Shown here: in pieces, positions 19,486 to 30,968 of the stretch
How the letters are laid out: every line of letters starts with the position of its first letter
How positions within the stretch are numbered: position 1 is the first letter of the stretch
Assembly (NCBI GenBank): GCA_963736855.1
Contig: CAVTQK010000015.1
Span: 256,001 to 320,000, forward strand
Direction: 5' to 3'
Length of the DNA stretch: 64,000 nucleotides
DNA from: an uncultured delta proteobacterium
GTDB lineage: Bacteria; Desulfobacterota; Desulfobacteria; Desulfobacterales; UBA2156
Made by a program: the position numbers and the translations under genes
The notes under the pieces: model-generated
Told to the model about the DNA's origin: nothing
Seen by the model: the letters and a program-made list of their open reading frames with translations, nothing else
Databases searched by the model: none

Positions 19486-20751
19486 ATGAAACCGGTTTGG
19501 ACCAATGAATCATTGCAGGAAAGAAGAGCGCAAGTCATCTCCATGGGGGTGGCCAGTGTTACCCCGATATATGTGGAATCCGCGCAAGGTGCCATTGTGC
19601 GCGACGTGGAGGGAAAGGAATACATCGACTTCGGCGGGGGTATCGGTGTGATGAACATCGGTCACAGTCATCCCAAAGTGGTGGCGGCTATCAGGGACCA
19701 GGCCGGGAAGTTTACCCATACCTGTTTCATGGTCAGTCCTTATGAACTTGCCGTCAATCTGGCCGAAAAACTATGTCGCATAACCCCTGGGAGCTTTCCG
19801 AAGAAGGCCATTTTCCTCAACAGCGGTGCGGAAGCCGTGGAAAATGCGGTCAAAATCGCCCGCTACTATACCAAACGACCCGCCGTTATCGTATTTGAAA
19901 ATGCCTATCACGGCCGCACGCTTCTTACCATGACCATGACGAGCAAGGTTAAACCCTATAAATTCGGCTTCGGACCTTTTGCACCGGAAATCTATCGCAT
20001 GCCTTTCGGCGATATCGTCGGGCCGGAAAAACTCAGAGACTTTTTCCTGAAGCACGTGAATCCCGAGGCGGTGGCTTGTGTTGTGGCTGAGCCGGTCCAG
20101 GGCGAAGGCGGATTCATTGCCCCGCCGTCGGACTACTTTCAGGAGTTGACCCAAATATGCCGCGAAAACGGCATTCTATTTGTGGCCGATGAAATTCAAA
20201 GCGGTATGGGCCGAACAGGCACTATGTTCGCTATCGAGCGCTGGGGGGTCGAACCCGATCTGGTCACTGTGGCAAAAAGCCTGGCTGCCGGCATGCCCAT
20301 CGCATCTGTAGTGGGCCGGCAGGAGATCATGGATTCGGTTCATCCCTGGGGCCTTGGAGGGACATACGGCGGGAACCCCCTGGCCTGTGCTGCGGCGCTG
20401 GCCGTGCTTGAGGTCTTCGAGGAAGAAGATATGCTCGGCAAGGCCAAAGCGCTCGGTCAAAAGCTGGGCGAAGCTTTCAATAACTTCAAGAGAAAATACA
20501 ACGTCGTCGGATCGATCCGGGGTTTGGGCGCCATGCTGGGGCTTGAACTCGTGAGAGGCGAGAAACGCGGACCGGCCGCGGAAGAAGCCAAAAAGCTCGC
20601 GGCCTTTTGCCTGGAGCGGGGCCTCATCATCCTGGTCTGCGGTACTTACAGCAATGTGATTCGCGTGTTGGTACCCTTCGTGATTACAGGTCCGCAGTTG
20701 GAAAAAGGACTGTCGATCCTGGAGCAGGGTTTGGCGGAGATTTCCAAATGA
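19486..20751 (+). CDS. gabT: Class III aminotransferase, 4-aminobutyrate/5-aminovalerate aminotransferase-like
   Basis: YIDFGGGIGV, FTHTCFMV, NSGAEAVENAVKIAR, YHGRT, EPVQGEGG, DEIQSG, AKS PLP lysine, GGTYGGNP; exact substrate uncertain. Confidence 0.85.
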   Translation: MKPVWTNESLQERRAQVISMGVASVTPIYVESAQGAIVRDVEGKEYIDFGGGIGVMNIGHSHPKVVAAIRDQAGKFTHTCFMVSPYELAVNLAEKLCRITPGSFPKKAIFLNSGAEAVENAVKIARYYTKRPAVIVFENAYHGRTLLTMTMTSKVKPYKFGFGPFAPEIYRMPFGDIVGPEKLRDFFLKHVNPEAVACVVAEPVQGEGGFIAPPSDYFQELTQICRENGILFVADEIQSGMGRTGTMFAIERWGVEPDLVTVAKSLAAGMPIASVVGRQEIMDSVHPWGLGGTYGGNPLACAAALAVLEVFEEEDMLGKAKALGQKLGEAFNNFKRKYNVVGSIRGLGAMLGLELVRGEKRGPAAEEAKKLAAFCLERGLIILVCGTYSNVIRVLVPFVITGPQLEKGLSILEQGLAEISK

Positions 20752-22507
20752 ACGGCTTCTATGGCCGCTATTTGCGCATCGATTTAACATCCAAAGCTTT
20801 TACGATCGAGCCGATCGACTCGACTCTCCTTACCTGGTATTTCGGCGGCAAGGGACTGGCCGCTCATCTCCTCTTCGAGCTGAATCCGCCCGGTATCGAT
20901 CCGATGGCGCCGGAAAACACGCTCATCTTTGCCACCGGGCCTCTGGGCAACAGCATGATTTGGGGCTCCTGCCGTTACGGCGTCTACACCAAGTCCCCTC
21001 TGACCGGCCTTTTTTCAGAATCTTACGCCGGCGGTAAAACCCCGGATGCCATCGATACTGCGGGTTTTGACGCCGTCGTCATTCAGGGTAAAGCGACGGA
21101 GCCCATCGTGCTGGTCGTTCACCCCGACGGCGCCGAGTTTCATCCGGCCGGTGATATCTGGGGAATGGAGACCTATGCCGCTGAAGACGCGGTGAAGGAG
21201 CGCTTCGCGCGTCCGGAATACCGTAGGAAAGGGGCCGTGGTCATCGGTCCGGCCGCCGAGAATCATGTCCGCTTTGCCGTGGTGGAAAACGATTACTGGC
21301 GTTCCGCAGGACGGACCGGCGTCGGTACGGTGATGGGATCGAAAAAGCTCAAGGGTATCCTCTTTACCGGCAACCGGAAGCGCGCTCAGTTCGACGAAAA
21401 CGGGATCAAAGCGTTCGCAAAGGACTTCATGAGTACCTTCAAGGACCACGCCGCCGCCCATGCCTATAAGAATCTTGGAACTCCGATGCTGGTTAAAACG
21501 ACGAATGCGGCCGGTGCCTTCCCCACCCGGTACTGGCAGCGGGGAACCTATGAGAATTGGGAGAAAATCAGCGCCGACGCTCTCGTTTCACGATGTAGCG
21601 TCAAGCCCAACGCCTGTGCCAAGTGTTTCATGGCGTGCGGCCGGCTCAGCACTGTGAAGGAAGGCCGACACACCGGCCTCACCATCGAAGGACCGGAGTA
21701 CGAGACTATTTACGCCTTCGGCGGATTGTGCATGATCGACAGCATAGAGGAAATTGCCTGGCTTAACGATATCTGTGACCGGCTGGGAATGGACACCATC
21801 ACGGCAGGCAATCTCTGCGCTTTTACAATCGAGGCGGCCGAACGGGGGCGGGTTGACTATCCGATCGACTATGGCGACGTGGATGCCATCGCGCGACTGC
21901 TTCACATGATTGCACGCCGGGAAGGGATCGGCGACGTTCTTGCTGACGGTATCCGACATGCCGCCCGCACATGGAACCTTGAGGATATCGCCGTGCATGT
22001 GAAAGGAATGGAGCCGCCGGGCTACGATCCCCGAGTGCTCAAAGGCATGGGGTTGGCGTACGGCACCTCTGACCGGGGGGCCTGCCATCTTCGGGCTACC
22101 TTTTACAAGCCGGAACTGTCCGGCATGATTCCTCCGGAACAGATCGAAGGCAAGGCAGAGCTTTTCCTGGAGTTCGAGAGCCGGTTGACTCTTTTCGACA
22201 TGTTGGTGCTCTGCCGTTTTTACAGAGATTTTTATTCCTGGGAAAAACTATTGGCCGTGATCCGACTGGTGACCGGACTGGAAATCGATGAAAAATCCCT
22301 CAGGGAACGGGCGTCGGCCGTTGCAACCCTGATTCGAAAGTTTAATCTCCGGGAGGGGATGCAGCCGGCGGACGACCGCTTGCCGCATTTCTGCACCGGC
22401 CGCTTCAGGACACGGGGAAAGTCATCACTGAGGCGGAAATGGAAACGCTTCTTAAAGATTACTATCGCCTGCATGGGTGGGATGAGGAAGGAATCCCCCT
22501 TCAATAG
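20748..22507 (+). CDS. Aldehyde:ferredoxin oxidoreductase (W/Mo AOR family), frameshift near 22385
   Basis: ATGA overlap with gabT; KSPLTG, AGRTGVGTVMGSKKLK, CAKCFMAC, EGPEYET, GMDTI, RGACH; alternate frame after 22387 ends DYYRLHGWDEEGIPLQ-stop. Confidence 0.92.
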
Positions 22508-22607
22508 GGGCTAACTTATCCAATATACCGTTTTTATTCGACAACAAGGTTCATTCTCTTTCCTCCCTTTTTCTTTCCAGCTTTTTCTTTCGGCGGTCAT
22601 TTAAAAT

Positions 22608-22624
22608 TTGGCACAAGGATTGCA
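22608..22624 (+). promoter_or_regulatory. Sigma-54 promoter upstream of the SHOCT gene
   Basis: TTGGCACAAGGATTGCA = GG-N10-GC. Confidence 0.75.
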
Positions 22625-22679
22625 TATCTCTTGGGTCAGGGGCTGTTTTATAAAATGAAAAACCTTGGAGAAAAATGAG

Positions 22680-23021
22680 ATGAAATCCATCCTTGTTTGC
22701 CGATCCTTTTTATTGACGCTTACCGGCTTGTTGGCATGCCCGCCGTTCATCCCGACCGCAGCCGCACAGAGGAGCTACGGCGGATGGGGTATGGGCTCCG
22801 GCATGATGATCGGTTGGAGCGGAGGCTGGCTGATGATAGCCTTCTGGGTCCTGATCCTGCTGGGGCTTGTTCTGTTGATCAAATGGCTGGTCCAGATGAC
22901 CCGGGCCGATCGTGAAAGATTCTCCCGCCCCAGCGCCATGGAAATTTTGAAGGAACGTTACGCGCGCGGAGAAATCGATCAGCTGGAATTTGCGGCCAAA
23001 AAGAAAGATCTGCTGGATTGA
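22680..23021 (+). CDS. Small membrane protein with C-terminal SHOCT domain
   Basis: Gly/Met/Trp-rich GWGMGSGMM, TM helix, AMEILKERYARGEIDQLEF. Confidence 0.85.
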   Translation: MKSILVCRSFLLTLTGLLACPPFIPTAAAQRSYGGWGMGSGMMIGWSGGWLMIAFWVLILLGLVLLIKWLVQMTRADRERFSRPSAMEILKERYARGEIDQLEFAAKKKDLLD

Positions 23022-23166
23022 CGGACGAAAATCATAAACCGGAAACCGCCACCTTGATCCATGACGTCTCCCGTGTTAAAAAGGCCCGGTAATCAATGAC
23101 AGAAAGGGTCGGCTTTTACTTTGACTGTAATCAGATCAACCAGACAGACCAGATTAGGACTTACAA

Positions 23167-23824
23167 ATGGCAAAGACAAAGACCGACCCGACACACGCAT
23201 GGATATGTTCAAAAAGGGACGCTTTATATTGTTGCTGCGGTTTGCATGGCGTTAGGCTTTTTCGGCGGGATTGTTTTCAGCGCCTTGAAATCGGTCCCGA
23301 ATCCACCGATGCCGGGCATGGGAGCGTCTCAGCAAACCGAGGCCCCGCCTGCGGCCTCCTCCGAGCAGATGATGAGGGTCCGGGCGCTGGAGGAAGAAAC
23401 CAAGAAAGCCTCTGAAAAGTCAGAGACCTGGGCGGAGCTGGGCAACGCCTACTTTGACACCGGGCAGTCTGAGAAAGCCATCCAGGCCTATGAAAAATCC
23501 CTGTCCCTGAAACCCGACAACGCCGACGTCATGACCGATATGGGGGTCATGTATCGTCGGATGGGGCAACCTAAAAAGGCCATCGACGCCTTCGAAAGAG
23601 CCATGGCCGCGGATCCCCGCCACGAGATATCCCGCTACAACAAAGGGATTGTTTTGCTTCACGATCTCAGCGATATGGAAGGCGCCATCTCGGCATGGGA
23701 AGACCTCGTTCGGATCAATCCCGCCTATAAGACATCTACCGGTCAGACCATTAAACAGATGGTGGAGGCCTTCAAAAGCCGGAAAAATATGGGAGCAGGC
23801 AAGGAACCAAATCCGAAATCGTAA
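23167..23824 (+). CDS. Membrane-anchored TPR protein; probable frameshift near 23195
   Basis: TM segment then TPRs (WAELGNAYFD, AYEKSLSLKPDNADVMTDMGVMY); RBS plus ATG at 23167 is out of frame with the body at an ACACAC run. Confidence 0.8.
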
Positions 23825-23858
23825 ACGGGAACAGTCTGAATGAGACAGGGTAAGAGGG

Positions 23859-24701
23859 TTAATGCCTTTCTCTGCCGCTCAAATAGACAAAGAGCAGGAC
23901 TCCTGCCGCGATCATTCCCAGACACAATATCTGCCCCATGGATAGAAACAGCCAGATGAATCCGAGATGAGAGTCAGGCTCCCGGAAAAACTCGATAAAA
24001 AACCGCACCGCTCCGTACCCCGTAAAATAAAAGGCCAGCATAGCACCTGAAGGCGCTTTGATTCCCTTGAGCCGCCAGAGCACCAGAAATAAAAAGATCC
24101 CCTCGAACACGGCCTCATAGAGCTGAGAGGGGTGCCGAAATTCGGGTCCCGGGGCTGTAGGAAATAACATGCCGATGGGATGTGAGGTCACCCTTCCGTA
24201 AAGCTCTCCGTTGATGAAGTTACCCAGGCGGCCGAATGTGTATCCCAAGGGCATGGCCGGAGCGAAAAGATCGGTTGCCTCAAAGAAGGAACCCCCCCTT
24301 TTTTTCAGGTAAAGAGCACCCGCCGTCAACACCCCGATGAGCCCTCCGTGATAGGACATGCCGGAAAACCCGGTGAAGGTCACGCCGTTTTCAAATCGAA
24401 AGGGGAGAAAGATTTCCAGTGGGTGGTCCATGTAATAGGAAAAACCGTAGAAAAGAACATACCCGAGCCGAGCCCCGATCAGAAGCCCCAGGATCGCGGC
24501 GATCAAAAGATCGTTGACCTGGTCCAGGGTAATGGAAAACCGTTTTTCATGCCGGATGCGATAGGAGACCAGCCAGTAGGTCATACCGAAGGCAATCAGA
24601 TACATCAGGCCGTAGTAATGCAGGCGGAAGGGTCCGATGGCAATCATGACCGGATCGATGTGTTGAGGAAGGTTTTGCCACCAATCGATGAAGTTTCCCA
24701 T
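23859..24701 (-). CDS. lgt: Prolipoprotein diacylglyceryl transferase
   Basis: YYGLMY, GARLGYVLFY, GMSYHGG, GRLGNFINGELYGR, RHPSQLYE, EFFREPD. Confidence 0.96.
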   Translation of the reverse strand: MGNFIDWWQNLPQHIDPVMIAIGPFRLHYYGLMYLIAFGMTYWLVSYRIRHEKRFSITLDQVNDLLIAAILGLLIGARLGYVLFYGFSYYMDHPLEIFLPFRFENGVTFTGFSGMSYHGGLIGVLTAGALYLKKRGGSFFEATDLFAPAMPLGYTFGRLGNFINGELYGRVTSHPIGMLFPTAPGPEFRHPSQLYEAVFEGIFLFLVLWRLKGIKAPSGAMLAFYFTGYGAVRFFIEFFREPDSHLGFIWLFLSMGQILCLGMIAAGVLLFVYLSGRERH

Positions 24702-24746
24702 AGTAGGTATTATCCGCTAACCTGGATTTTTCATCAATAATTCGGT

Positions 24747-27191
24747 CTAATGGATTTTCTTTCGATAGAGCCGAAGGCTGTTGCCGACCACCGAGATGCT
24801 GCTCATGGCCATGGCCAGTGCCGCCAGGATAGGGTGCAATTGTCGTAAAAATCCGGGAAATCCCTCGAAAGGCCACAGTACGCCGGCGGCGACGGGGATC
24901 AGGACGATGTTGTAAAAAAACGCGAAAAAGAGGTTTTGTTTCACGGTTTTCATGGTGATTCGGCTCAGCGCGATGGATCTGGGGATCCCAAGCAGGCTGC
25001 CGCTTGCCAGGATCACGTCACCGGTCTCTATGGCCACGTCGGTGCCGGTGCCGATGGCAAACCCCACATCGGCCTGGGCCAGGGCCGGCGCGTCATTGAT
25101 GCCGTCTCCCACCATCCCCACTTGTTCCCCCCTGTCCTGAAGCGCTGCGATTCGCCGGGACTTTTCCTCGGGCAAAACCTCTGCGACGACCGTTCTGATG
25201 CCCGCCTGGGCGGCTATGGCAGCGGCGGTCTGGCGGTTATCGCCGGTGAGCATCACCACCTCCAGGTTCTGGCCTGAAAGGATTTTCACCGCCTCCTTCG
25301 AATCCGGCTTGAGAGCATCGGAAACCGCAATGACACCGACGGCCTGTTGGTTTAGCCCCAGCACCATGACCGTTTTTCCATCGGATTGCAATGCCGCAAT
25401 GACTTCTTTGGCCGGATCCACAGAGATGTTCAGCTCCGAAAACCAGTTCGGTTTTCCCAAATGGACCGATTTGCCGTCGATGTTTCCCTGAACCCCGGCG
25501 CCGCGATGGGCTCTAAACTCCCCGGGATCAGAAAAAGGGATTTTTTGAGCTTGAGCCTTTTTCACAACAGCTTTTCCGATGGGGTGCTCGGACCCTTTTT
25601 CCACCGATGCCGCGATGCGCAGGATCTCATCTGAGGAGATCCTGGAATCGAGTGAGATAATGTCCGAAACAGTGGGTTTTCCCTGAGTGAGGGTCCCGGT
25701 CTTGTCCAGCACCACGGTGGTCAGCGTGGAGGCGGTCTCCAGGGCAGTGCTGTTTTTAAACAGGATCCCTTTTTCAGCCCCTTTCCCGGTTCCCGCCATG
25801 ATGGCTGTAGGTGTTGCCAGGCCCAGGGCGCAGGGGCAGGCGATGACCAGAACCGCTACCAGTCGGATCATGGAAAAGACAAAATCTCCGGTGGTGAGCC
25901 ACCAGATGATAAAGACAACCAGGGCGATCCCGATCACACCCGGAACGAAGACGGCCGCCACCCGATCCGCCAAGGCCTGAATGGGCGCCTTGCTCCCCTG
26001 GGCTTGTTGCACCAGGCGGATGATCTGGGCCAGTGCGGTTTCTTTCCCCACCCGGGTGGCGACGAATTTGAGAAGCCCTTCGCTGTTGATGGTCCCACCG
26101 GTCACCGGATCCCCCGGTTTCTTATCCACGGGGAGCGGCTCACCGGTCAACATGGATTCGTCCACCGCCGATTTTCCTTCTGTGATCGCACCATCCACCG
26201 GAATACGCTCGCCGGGTCGCACTACCACGGTATCTCCGATTTGGACTTGGGAGAGGGGAATCTCTTTTTCCATTTGATCACGGATGACGAAGGCGGTCTT
26301 GGGACGCAGACCCATGAGTTTGCGGATGGCACCCCCGGTCTTCCCTTTAGTGCGGGATTCCAGCATTTTGCCCAGCTTGATGAGGGTGATGATGAGCGCT
26401 GAAGTTTCGAAATACACGTGATGCCCCAGCACCGGCAAAAATAAAACCCCTAGAGAGTAAAAATAGGCCGTTGAAGATCCCATCGCCACCAGGACATCCA
26501 TGTTGGCGCTTCTGTTCCTGAGGCTCTTGATCCCGCCCACATAGTAATCCCATCCCGTATAGAACTGCACCGGCGTGGCCAGGATGAAAAAGAGCCAGTT
26601 GACCCACGGCCGATGACTCCATTCCCCCAAGAACCCGAAGTCCCGGCCCATGCTCAGGATAAAGAGCGGAATGGACAGGGCAAGCCCTACCGCGAATTTC
26701 CGGGTTTGATCCCGGATTTCAGCCCGGCGCGCCGCGGTCTCGGCGTCCTCCTCGCCGGAAGAAGCCTCGGGGAGGATGATCTGGTACCCCGCACGCTCTA
26801 CAGCGGAAGCCAGTTCGGCAAGCTCCAGGGTTCCGGGCACGTATTCCACCGACAGGTGCTCGGTGGCAAAATTTACCGATGCCCCCACCAAGGAAGGGAA
26901 TGCCTTTTTTACCACCCTCTCGATGTTGGCGGCGCAGTTGGCGCAGGTCATCCCGATCACGGGAAACTCCGCCTTGACGGTCGGGACTCCGTATCCGGCA
27001 TCGGCGATACGCTTCAGCACATCCTTGACGCCAAGGGCAGAATCATCAAAGGAGACCGTTGCTTCTTCCGAAGCAAAGTTAACGGCGCTTTTGGTGACCC
27101 CTTCGAGCCGCCGCAACGTCCGTTCGATGTTGGCGGCGCAGTTGGCGCAGGTCATCCCGGTCACGGGCAATCTGAGCGTTTGCTCGGACAT
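24747..27191 (-). CDS. copA: Cu(I)-translocating P1B-type ATPase
   Basis: Two GMTCANC metal-binding domains, [34 protein letters not shown] and MAMSS. Confidence 0.95.
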   Translation of the reverse strand: MSEQTLRLPVTGMTCANCAANIERTLRRLEGVTKSAVNFASEEATVSFDDSALGVKDVLKRIADAGYGVPTVKAEFPVIGMTCANCAANIERVVKKAFPSLVGASVNFATEHLSVEYVPGTLELAELASAVERAGYQIILPEASSGEEDAETAARRAEIRDQTRKFAVGLALSIPLFILSMGRDFGFLGEWSHRPWVNWLFFILATPVQFYTGWDYYVGGIKSLRNRSANMDVLVAMGSSTAYFYSLGVLFLPVLGHHVYFETSALIITLIKLGKMLESRTKGKTGGAIRKLMGLRPKTAFVIRDQMEKEIPLSQVQIGDTVVVRPGERIPVDGAITEGKSAVDESMLTGEPLPVDKKPGDPVTGGTINSEGLLKFVATRVGKETALAQIIRLVQQAQGSKAPIQALADRVAAVFVPGVIGIALVVFIIWWLTTGDFVFSMIRLVAVLVIACPCALGLATPTAIMAGTGKGAEKGILFKNSTALETASTLTTVVLDKTGTLTQGKPTVSDIISLDSRISSDEILRIAASVEKGSEHPIGKAVVKKAQAQKIPFSDPGEFRAHRGAGVQGNIDGKSVHLGKPNWFSELNISVDPAKEVIAALQSDGKTVMVLGLNQQAVGVIAVSDALKPDSKEAVKILSGQNLEVVMLTGDNRQTAAAIAAQAGIRTVVAEVLPEEKSRRIAALQDRGEQVGMVGDGINDAPALAQADVGFAIGTGTDVAIETGDVILASGSLLGIPRSIALSRITMKTVKQNLFFAFFYNIVLIPVAAGVLWPFEGFPGFLRQLHPILAALAMAMSSISVVGNSLRLYRKKIH

Positions 27192-27192
27192 T

Positions 27193-27399
27193 TTATTTAT
27201 CTGCCGGGTAGTTGATCCCTTTGAGGGCTTCCCGAATCTTTTCTAGGGTAGCGGGAGCGTCCCACTTTACGGTAATCTTTTTCTGGGCGGCATCCCCTTC
27301 CACCGATTTTACGCCGGCAAGCGCGGTCAACTCGTTTTTGATGGACATTACACAGTGCCCGCAGGAGATGTTCGGTATTGAAAAGGTTTTTTGTTCCAT
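27193..27399 (-). CDS. copZ: Copper chaperone, CopZ/HMA domain
   Basis: 68 aa, ISCGHC motif, AAGGAGG RBS, 1 bp upstream of copA. Confidence 0.88.
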   Translation of the reverse strand: MEQKTFSIPNISCGHCVMSIKNELTALAGVKSVEGDAAQKKITVKWDAPATLEKIREALKGINYPADK

Positions 27400-27677
27400 G
27401 ACGGTATCCTCCTTCTTATGTTAATAAAATCTACCGGCTTGATAACCGGACGGTTCAATGTAAGCACACAATCGGGGGGTGGCAAACAGAAAAGATGCAT
27501 GGATACTTCCGATACACCTGAGAACGCTATCTTTCAGGATGCGGGTAATTTATCCACACCCGCAGTTGAGCGTGGATCGAGAGCAGTGACGTTATCCTTT
27601 TTCAGATTCAATGCCATCAAGATAAATTGTTCATAAAGAACAGATAGTTGAAATATTTCAGGTCATTTGAGATCATT

Positions 27678-27694
27678 ATGGCACACCCTTTGCT
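27678..27694 (+). promoter_or_regulatory. Sigma-54 promoter upstream of the ZraP-like gene
   Basis: ATGGCACACCCTTTGCT = GG-N10-GC. Confidence 0.8.
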
Positions 27695-27755
27695 ATTATA
27701 ATGATTCACAAGAGATAAATCCTTAATGGATAAAACCTTGAAAAGGAGGAAAAAA

Positions 27756-28280
27756 ATGAAGCGAAATTATTTGAAGGTGACGGTTGTGGTTGCATCGGTG
27801 ATATTGTTGGCCGGTATCGGGACGGCGGCTTTTGCCGACTGGGGCATGGGTTACGGTCGCCACCCCATGGGATATGGTCCGGGCTGGTCGAAAGAGGGGC
27901 CTGGCGACGGTCCGGGTCCCGGGGGGCATCATCGCGGTTTCGGATGCGGTTATAACCGGCAGGATATGAGCGCAGAAGAAGTGAAAAAGATAGAAGAGGA
28001 GCGCAACGCCTTTTTCGATGCAACCCGGGATTTGCGAAGAAATATGCGTCAAAAAAGCCTGGAACTGGAAAGCGAGCTGGCCAAAGCTGAACCCGATGGT
28101 GCAAAAGCCGCATCCATCCAGAAAGAGATTTCCGATTTACGCACTCAATTCGACCAGAAACGGATCGAGCACAGGATTAAAATGGGAAAGCTGTTGCCGG
28201 ATGGCGGGTTTTGCCGGGGTTCGGGGCCTTTCGGAAAGATGGGGCACCGGGGAGGGGGCCCGGGAGCCTGCTGGTATTAA
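27756..28280 (+). CDS. Periplasmic ZraP/Spy/CpxP-family protein
   Basis: AAGGAGG RBS, signal peptide ending AFA, Gly/His/Met-rich termini, helical core (LQKEISDLR-like), C-terminal CW. Confidence 0.8.
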   Translation: MKRNYLKVTVVVASVILLAGIGTAAFADWGMGYGRHPMGYGPGWSKEGPGDGPGPGGHHRGFGCGYNRQDMSAEEVKKIEEERNAFFDATRDLRRNMRQKSLELESELAKAEPDGAKAASIQKEISDLRTQFDQKRIEHRIKMGKLLPDGGFCRGSGPFGKMGHRGGGPGACWY

Positions 28281-28306
28281 TCTGAAATCAACTTGACCCT
28301 GAATAC

Positions 28307-28343
28307 AAATCCCGCGTGAAAAGCTTCACGCGGGATTTTTTTT
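28307..28343 (+). terminator. Rho-independent terminator between convergent zraP-like gene and dnaK
   Basis: AAATCCCGCGTGAA-AAGC-TTCACGCGGGATTT followed by T run. Confidence 0.9.
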
Positions 28344-28361
28344 ATCTTTCTAGAGATGGAT

Positions 28362-30296
28362 TCAGTCTTTTTTGTTGTCTTTGACTTCCTCAAAATCGGC
28401 ATCCACCACGTCGTCGTCGGCGCGCTGGGAACCGCCGCCTGCCTGGGTGCCGCCGCCCGTGCCGCCGGCCTGCTGTTGCTGACCGGCCTGGGACGCTTTC
28501 TGGTACATCGCTTCGGCCAGTTTATGAGAAGTCTGCATCAGTTCATCGCTGAGCCGGCGGATCTCCGCCACGTCTTCCCCTTCCATCGCTTTTTTAAGAC
28601 GGCCGATGCCGTCTTCCACCCGGGACTTGGTGGAAGCATCTACCTTGTCTCCCAGATCCTTGATGGATTTCTCCGTAGAGTAGATGAGACTGTCGGCATG
28701 ATTCCGCGCCTCCGCCACCTCTTTTTTCCGCTTGTCTTCGTCGGCGTGCATCTCGGCATCTTTGATAAGCCGATTAATCTCCTCTTTCGACAAGCCGGAT
28801 GAAGCGGTGATCTGGATGGACTGCTCTTTCCCCGTAGCCAGGTCTTTTGCCGAGACATGGACGATGCCGTTGGCATCGATATCAAAGGTTACCTCGACCT
28901 GTGGAATGCCTCTGGGAGCGGGCGGGATTCCCACCAGTTCGAATCGACCCAGCGTCTTATTCCCGCCAGCCATTTCCCGTTCCCCTTGGAGTACATGAAT
29001 GGATACGGCGGGCTGGTTGTCGGCCGCAGTGGAAAAGATCTGGCTTTTTCGGGTGGGGATAGTGGTGTTCTTTTCGATCAGCTTGGTCATCACCCCGCCG
29101 AGGGTCTCAATTCCCAGGGAAAGCGGTGTCACGTCCAGAAGCAGGACATCCTTGACGTCTCCTTTAAGGACACCGGCCTGAATAGCGGCGCCGACCGCTA
29201 CCACCTCGTCCGGATTCACCCCTTTGTTGGGCTCGAGGCCGTAGATTCGTTTGACGCGTTCCTGAACAGCCGGCATACGGGTCATGCCGCCGACCAGGAT
29301 TACCTCATTGAGTTCTTTCGCGCTCAAGCCCGCATCCTTGAGAGCGGTCCGGCAGGGACCTTCCAGCTTGTCCAGCAGATCGCTCACCAATGATTCGAGT
29401 TTGGCCCGGGTAATCTTGATGTTCAGGTGCTTGGGACCACTGGCATCGGCCGTGATGAAAGGCAGGTTGATGTCGGTCTCCATGGAGGAAGACAGCTCCA
29501 TCTTTGCCTTTTCGGCGGCCTCCTTCAGCCGTTGAAGCGCCATCTTGTCTTTGCGCAGGTCGATCCCCTGGTCTTTTCGAAACTCGTCGGCCAGATAATC
29601 GATAACTCTCAGGTCGAAGTCCTCACCGCCCAGGTGGGTATCTCCATTGGTGGATTTCACTTCGAAGACCCCTTCCCCGATTTCCAGGATGGATATGTCG
29701 AAGGTTCCCCCGCCCAGGTCAAACACGGCGATTTTTTCTTCTTTTTTCTTATCGAGTCCGTAGGCCAGGGATGCGGCCGTCGGTTCATTGATGATCCTAA
29801 GCACGTTGAGCCCTGCGATTTTTCCCGCGTCCTTGGTTGCCTGTCTCTGGCTGTCATCGAAGTATGCCGGAACTGTAATGACGGCATCGGTGATTTTTTC
29901 TCCCAAGTACTCCTCGGCACTTCGTTTCATATAGGCCAAAATGAAGGAAGAAACTTCGGCCGGACTGTACTGTTTTCCTTTGATACCGATGCGGAGGTCC
30001 CCATTTGGCGCCTGTTCGATCTTATAGGGGAGGATTTTGATATCCCGCTGGACCTCTGCCGATGCGTACTTGCGGCCGATGAGTCTTTTGACCGCGAAAA
30101 CCGTATTTTCCGGATTGGTAATGGCCTGACGCTTGGCAATTTGACCGACAATGCGCTCTCCACTTTCCGATACTGCGACGATGGAAGGGGTGGTTCGTCC
30201 CCCCTCCGGATTCGTAATGACCTTTGGTTCACCACCTTCCATAATAGCCACACAGGAATTGGTGGTACCCAGGTCGATGCCTATCACTTTGCCCAT
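28362..30296 (-). CDS. dnaK: Chaperone DnaK
   Basis: [32 protein letters not shown]. Confidence 0.99.
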   Translation of the reverse strand: MGKVIGIDLGTTNSCVAIMEGGEPKVITNPEGGRTTPSIVAVSESGERIVGQIAKRQAITNPENTVFAVKRLIGRKYASAEVQRDIKILPYKIEQAPNGDLRIGIKGKQYSPAEVSSFILAYMKRSAEEYLGEKITDAVITVPAYFDDSQRQATKDAGKIAGLNVLRIINEPTAASLAYGLDKKKEEKIAVFDLGGGTFDISILEIGEGVFEVKSTNGDTHLGGEDFDLRVIDYLADEFRKDQGIDLRKDKMALQRLKEAAEKAKMELSSSMETDINLPFITADASGPKHLNIKITRAKLESLVSDLLDKLEGPCRTALKDAGLSAKELNEVILVGGMTRMPAVQERVKRIYGLEPNKGVNPDEVVAVGAAIQAGVLKGDVKDVLLLDVTPLSLGIETLGGVMTKLIEKNTTIPTRKSQIFSTAADNQPAVSIHVLQGEREMAGGNKTLGRFELVGIPPAPRGIPQVEVTFDIDANGIVHVSAKDLATGKEQSIQITASSGLSKEEINRLIKDAEMHADEDKRKKEVAEARNHADSLIYSTEKSIKDLGDKVDASTKSRVEDGIGRLKKAMEGEDVAEIRRLSDELMQTSHKLAEAMYQKASQAGQQQQAGGTGGGTQAGGGSQRADDDVVDADFEEVKDNKKD

Positions 30297-30341
30297 ATGC
30301 CATCCTCCTTAGCAATTACTGAATATCGGTTTATCGAGTAT

Positions 30342-30968
30342 CTACAATCGTTCTTTTGTCTTTTTTTTGCCCGAATTCTTCGACTCCTTGGAAACAACTA
30401 CCATGGCCGGCCGCAGGAGCCTGTCATAGATTAGGTACCCTTTCTGGAGTTCCTTCACCACGGTATTGTCGGGGTGTTGGTCTGACGTTTCCTGCATGAC
30501 CGCCTGGTGATACGTCGGATCAAAAGGTTCCCTCAAGGCCGATATCGGCTTGACGGCGAAATTTTCGAACACCTTCAAAATTTCTGAAAGCGTAAGCTCG
30601 ACTCCCTTGATGATCGGATTGACGCCTCTTTCTTTTTCACCGAGGGCTTCGATGGCGCGTTCCAGATTATCCACGATGGGTAATAGGGCCCTGAAAAGCG
30701 ACTCATTGGCGAATTTTCGGTAGTCTTCATTGTCTCGGGCCATTCGTTTTTTATAATTTTCGAAATCCGCCTTGGCCCTCAGGAAGCGGTCATAATTTTC
30801 CCTGGCTTCTTTTTCAGCCTTGTCCAGCCGTTCCTGAACGCTCTTATCGGAATCCGCAATGTCCCCCGACACATCCGCTTGGACGCCTTTTGTTCCCGAT
30901 ATCTCTTTTTCCTTTGCCGGATCCTCGGGTCCTACAACCTTGTTTTCTTCAGGATTTGCGCTACTCAT
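30342..30968 (-). CDS. grpE: Nucleotide exchange factor GrpE (start uncertain)
   Basis: ADFENYKKR, LLPIVDNLERA, FDPTYHQA, QKGY..DRLLRPAMVVV. Confidence 0.95.
   Translation of the reverse strand: MSSANPEENKVVGPEDPAKEKEISGTKGVQADVSGDIADSDKSVQERLDKAEKEARENYDRFLRAKADFENYKKRMARDNEDYRKFANESLFRALLPIVDNLERAIEALGEKERGVNPIIKGVELTLSEILKVFENFAVKPISALREPFDPTYHQAVMQETSDQHPDNTVVKELQKGYLIYDRLLRPAMVVVSKESKNSGKKKTKERL

Noticed and set aside
26920..27170. Direct repeat TCGATGTTGGCGGCGCAGTTGGCGCAGGTCATCCCG
   Set aside because: Simply the two tandem metal-binding domains of CopA
29427..30434. 335-aa ORF antisense to dnaK
   Set aside because: Long antisense frames opposite dnaK are a common codon-bias artefact
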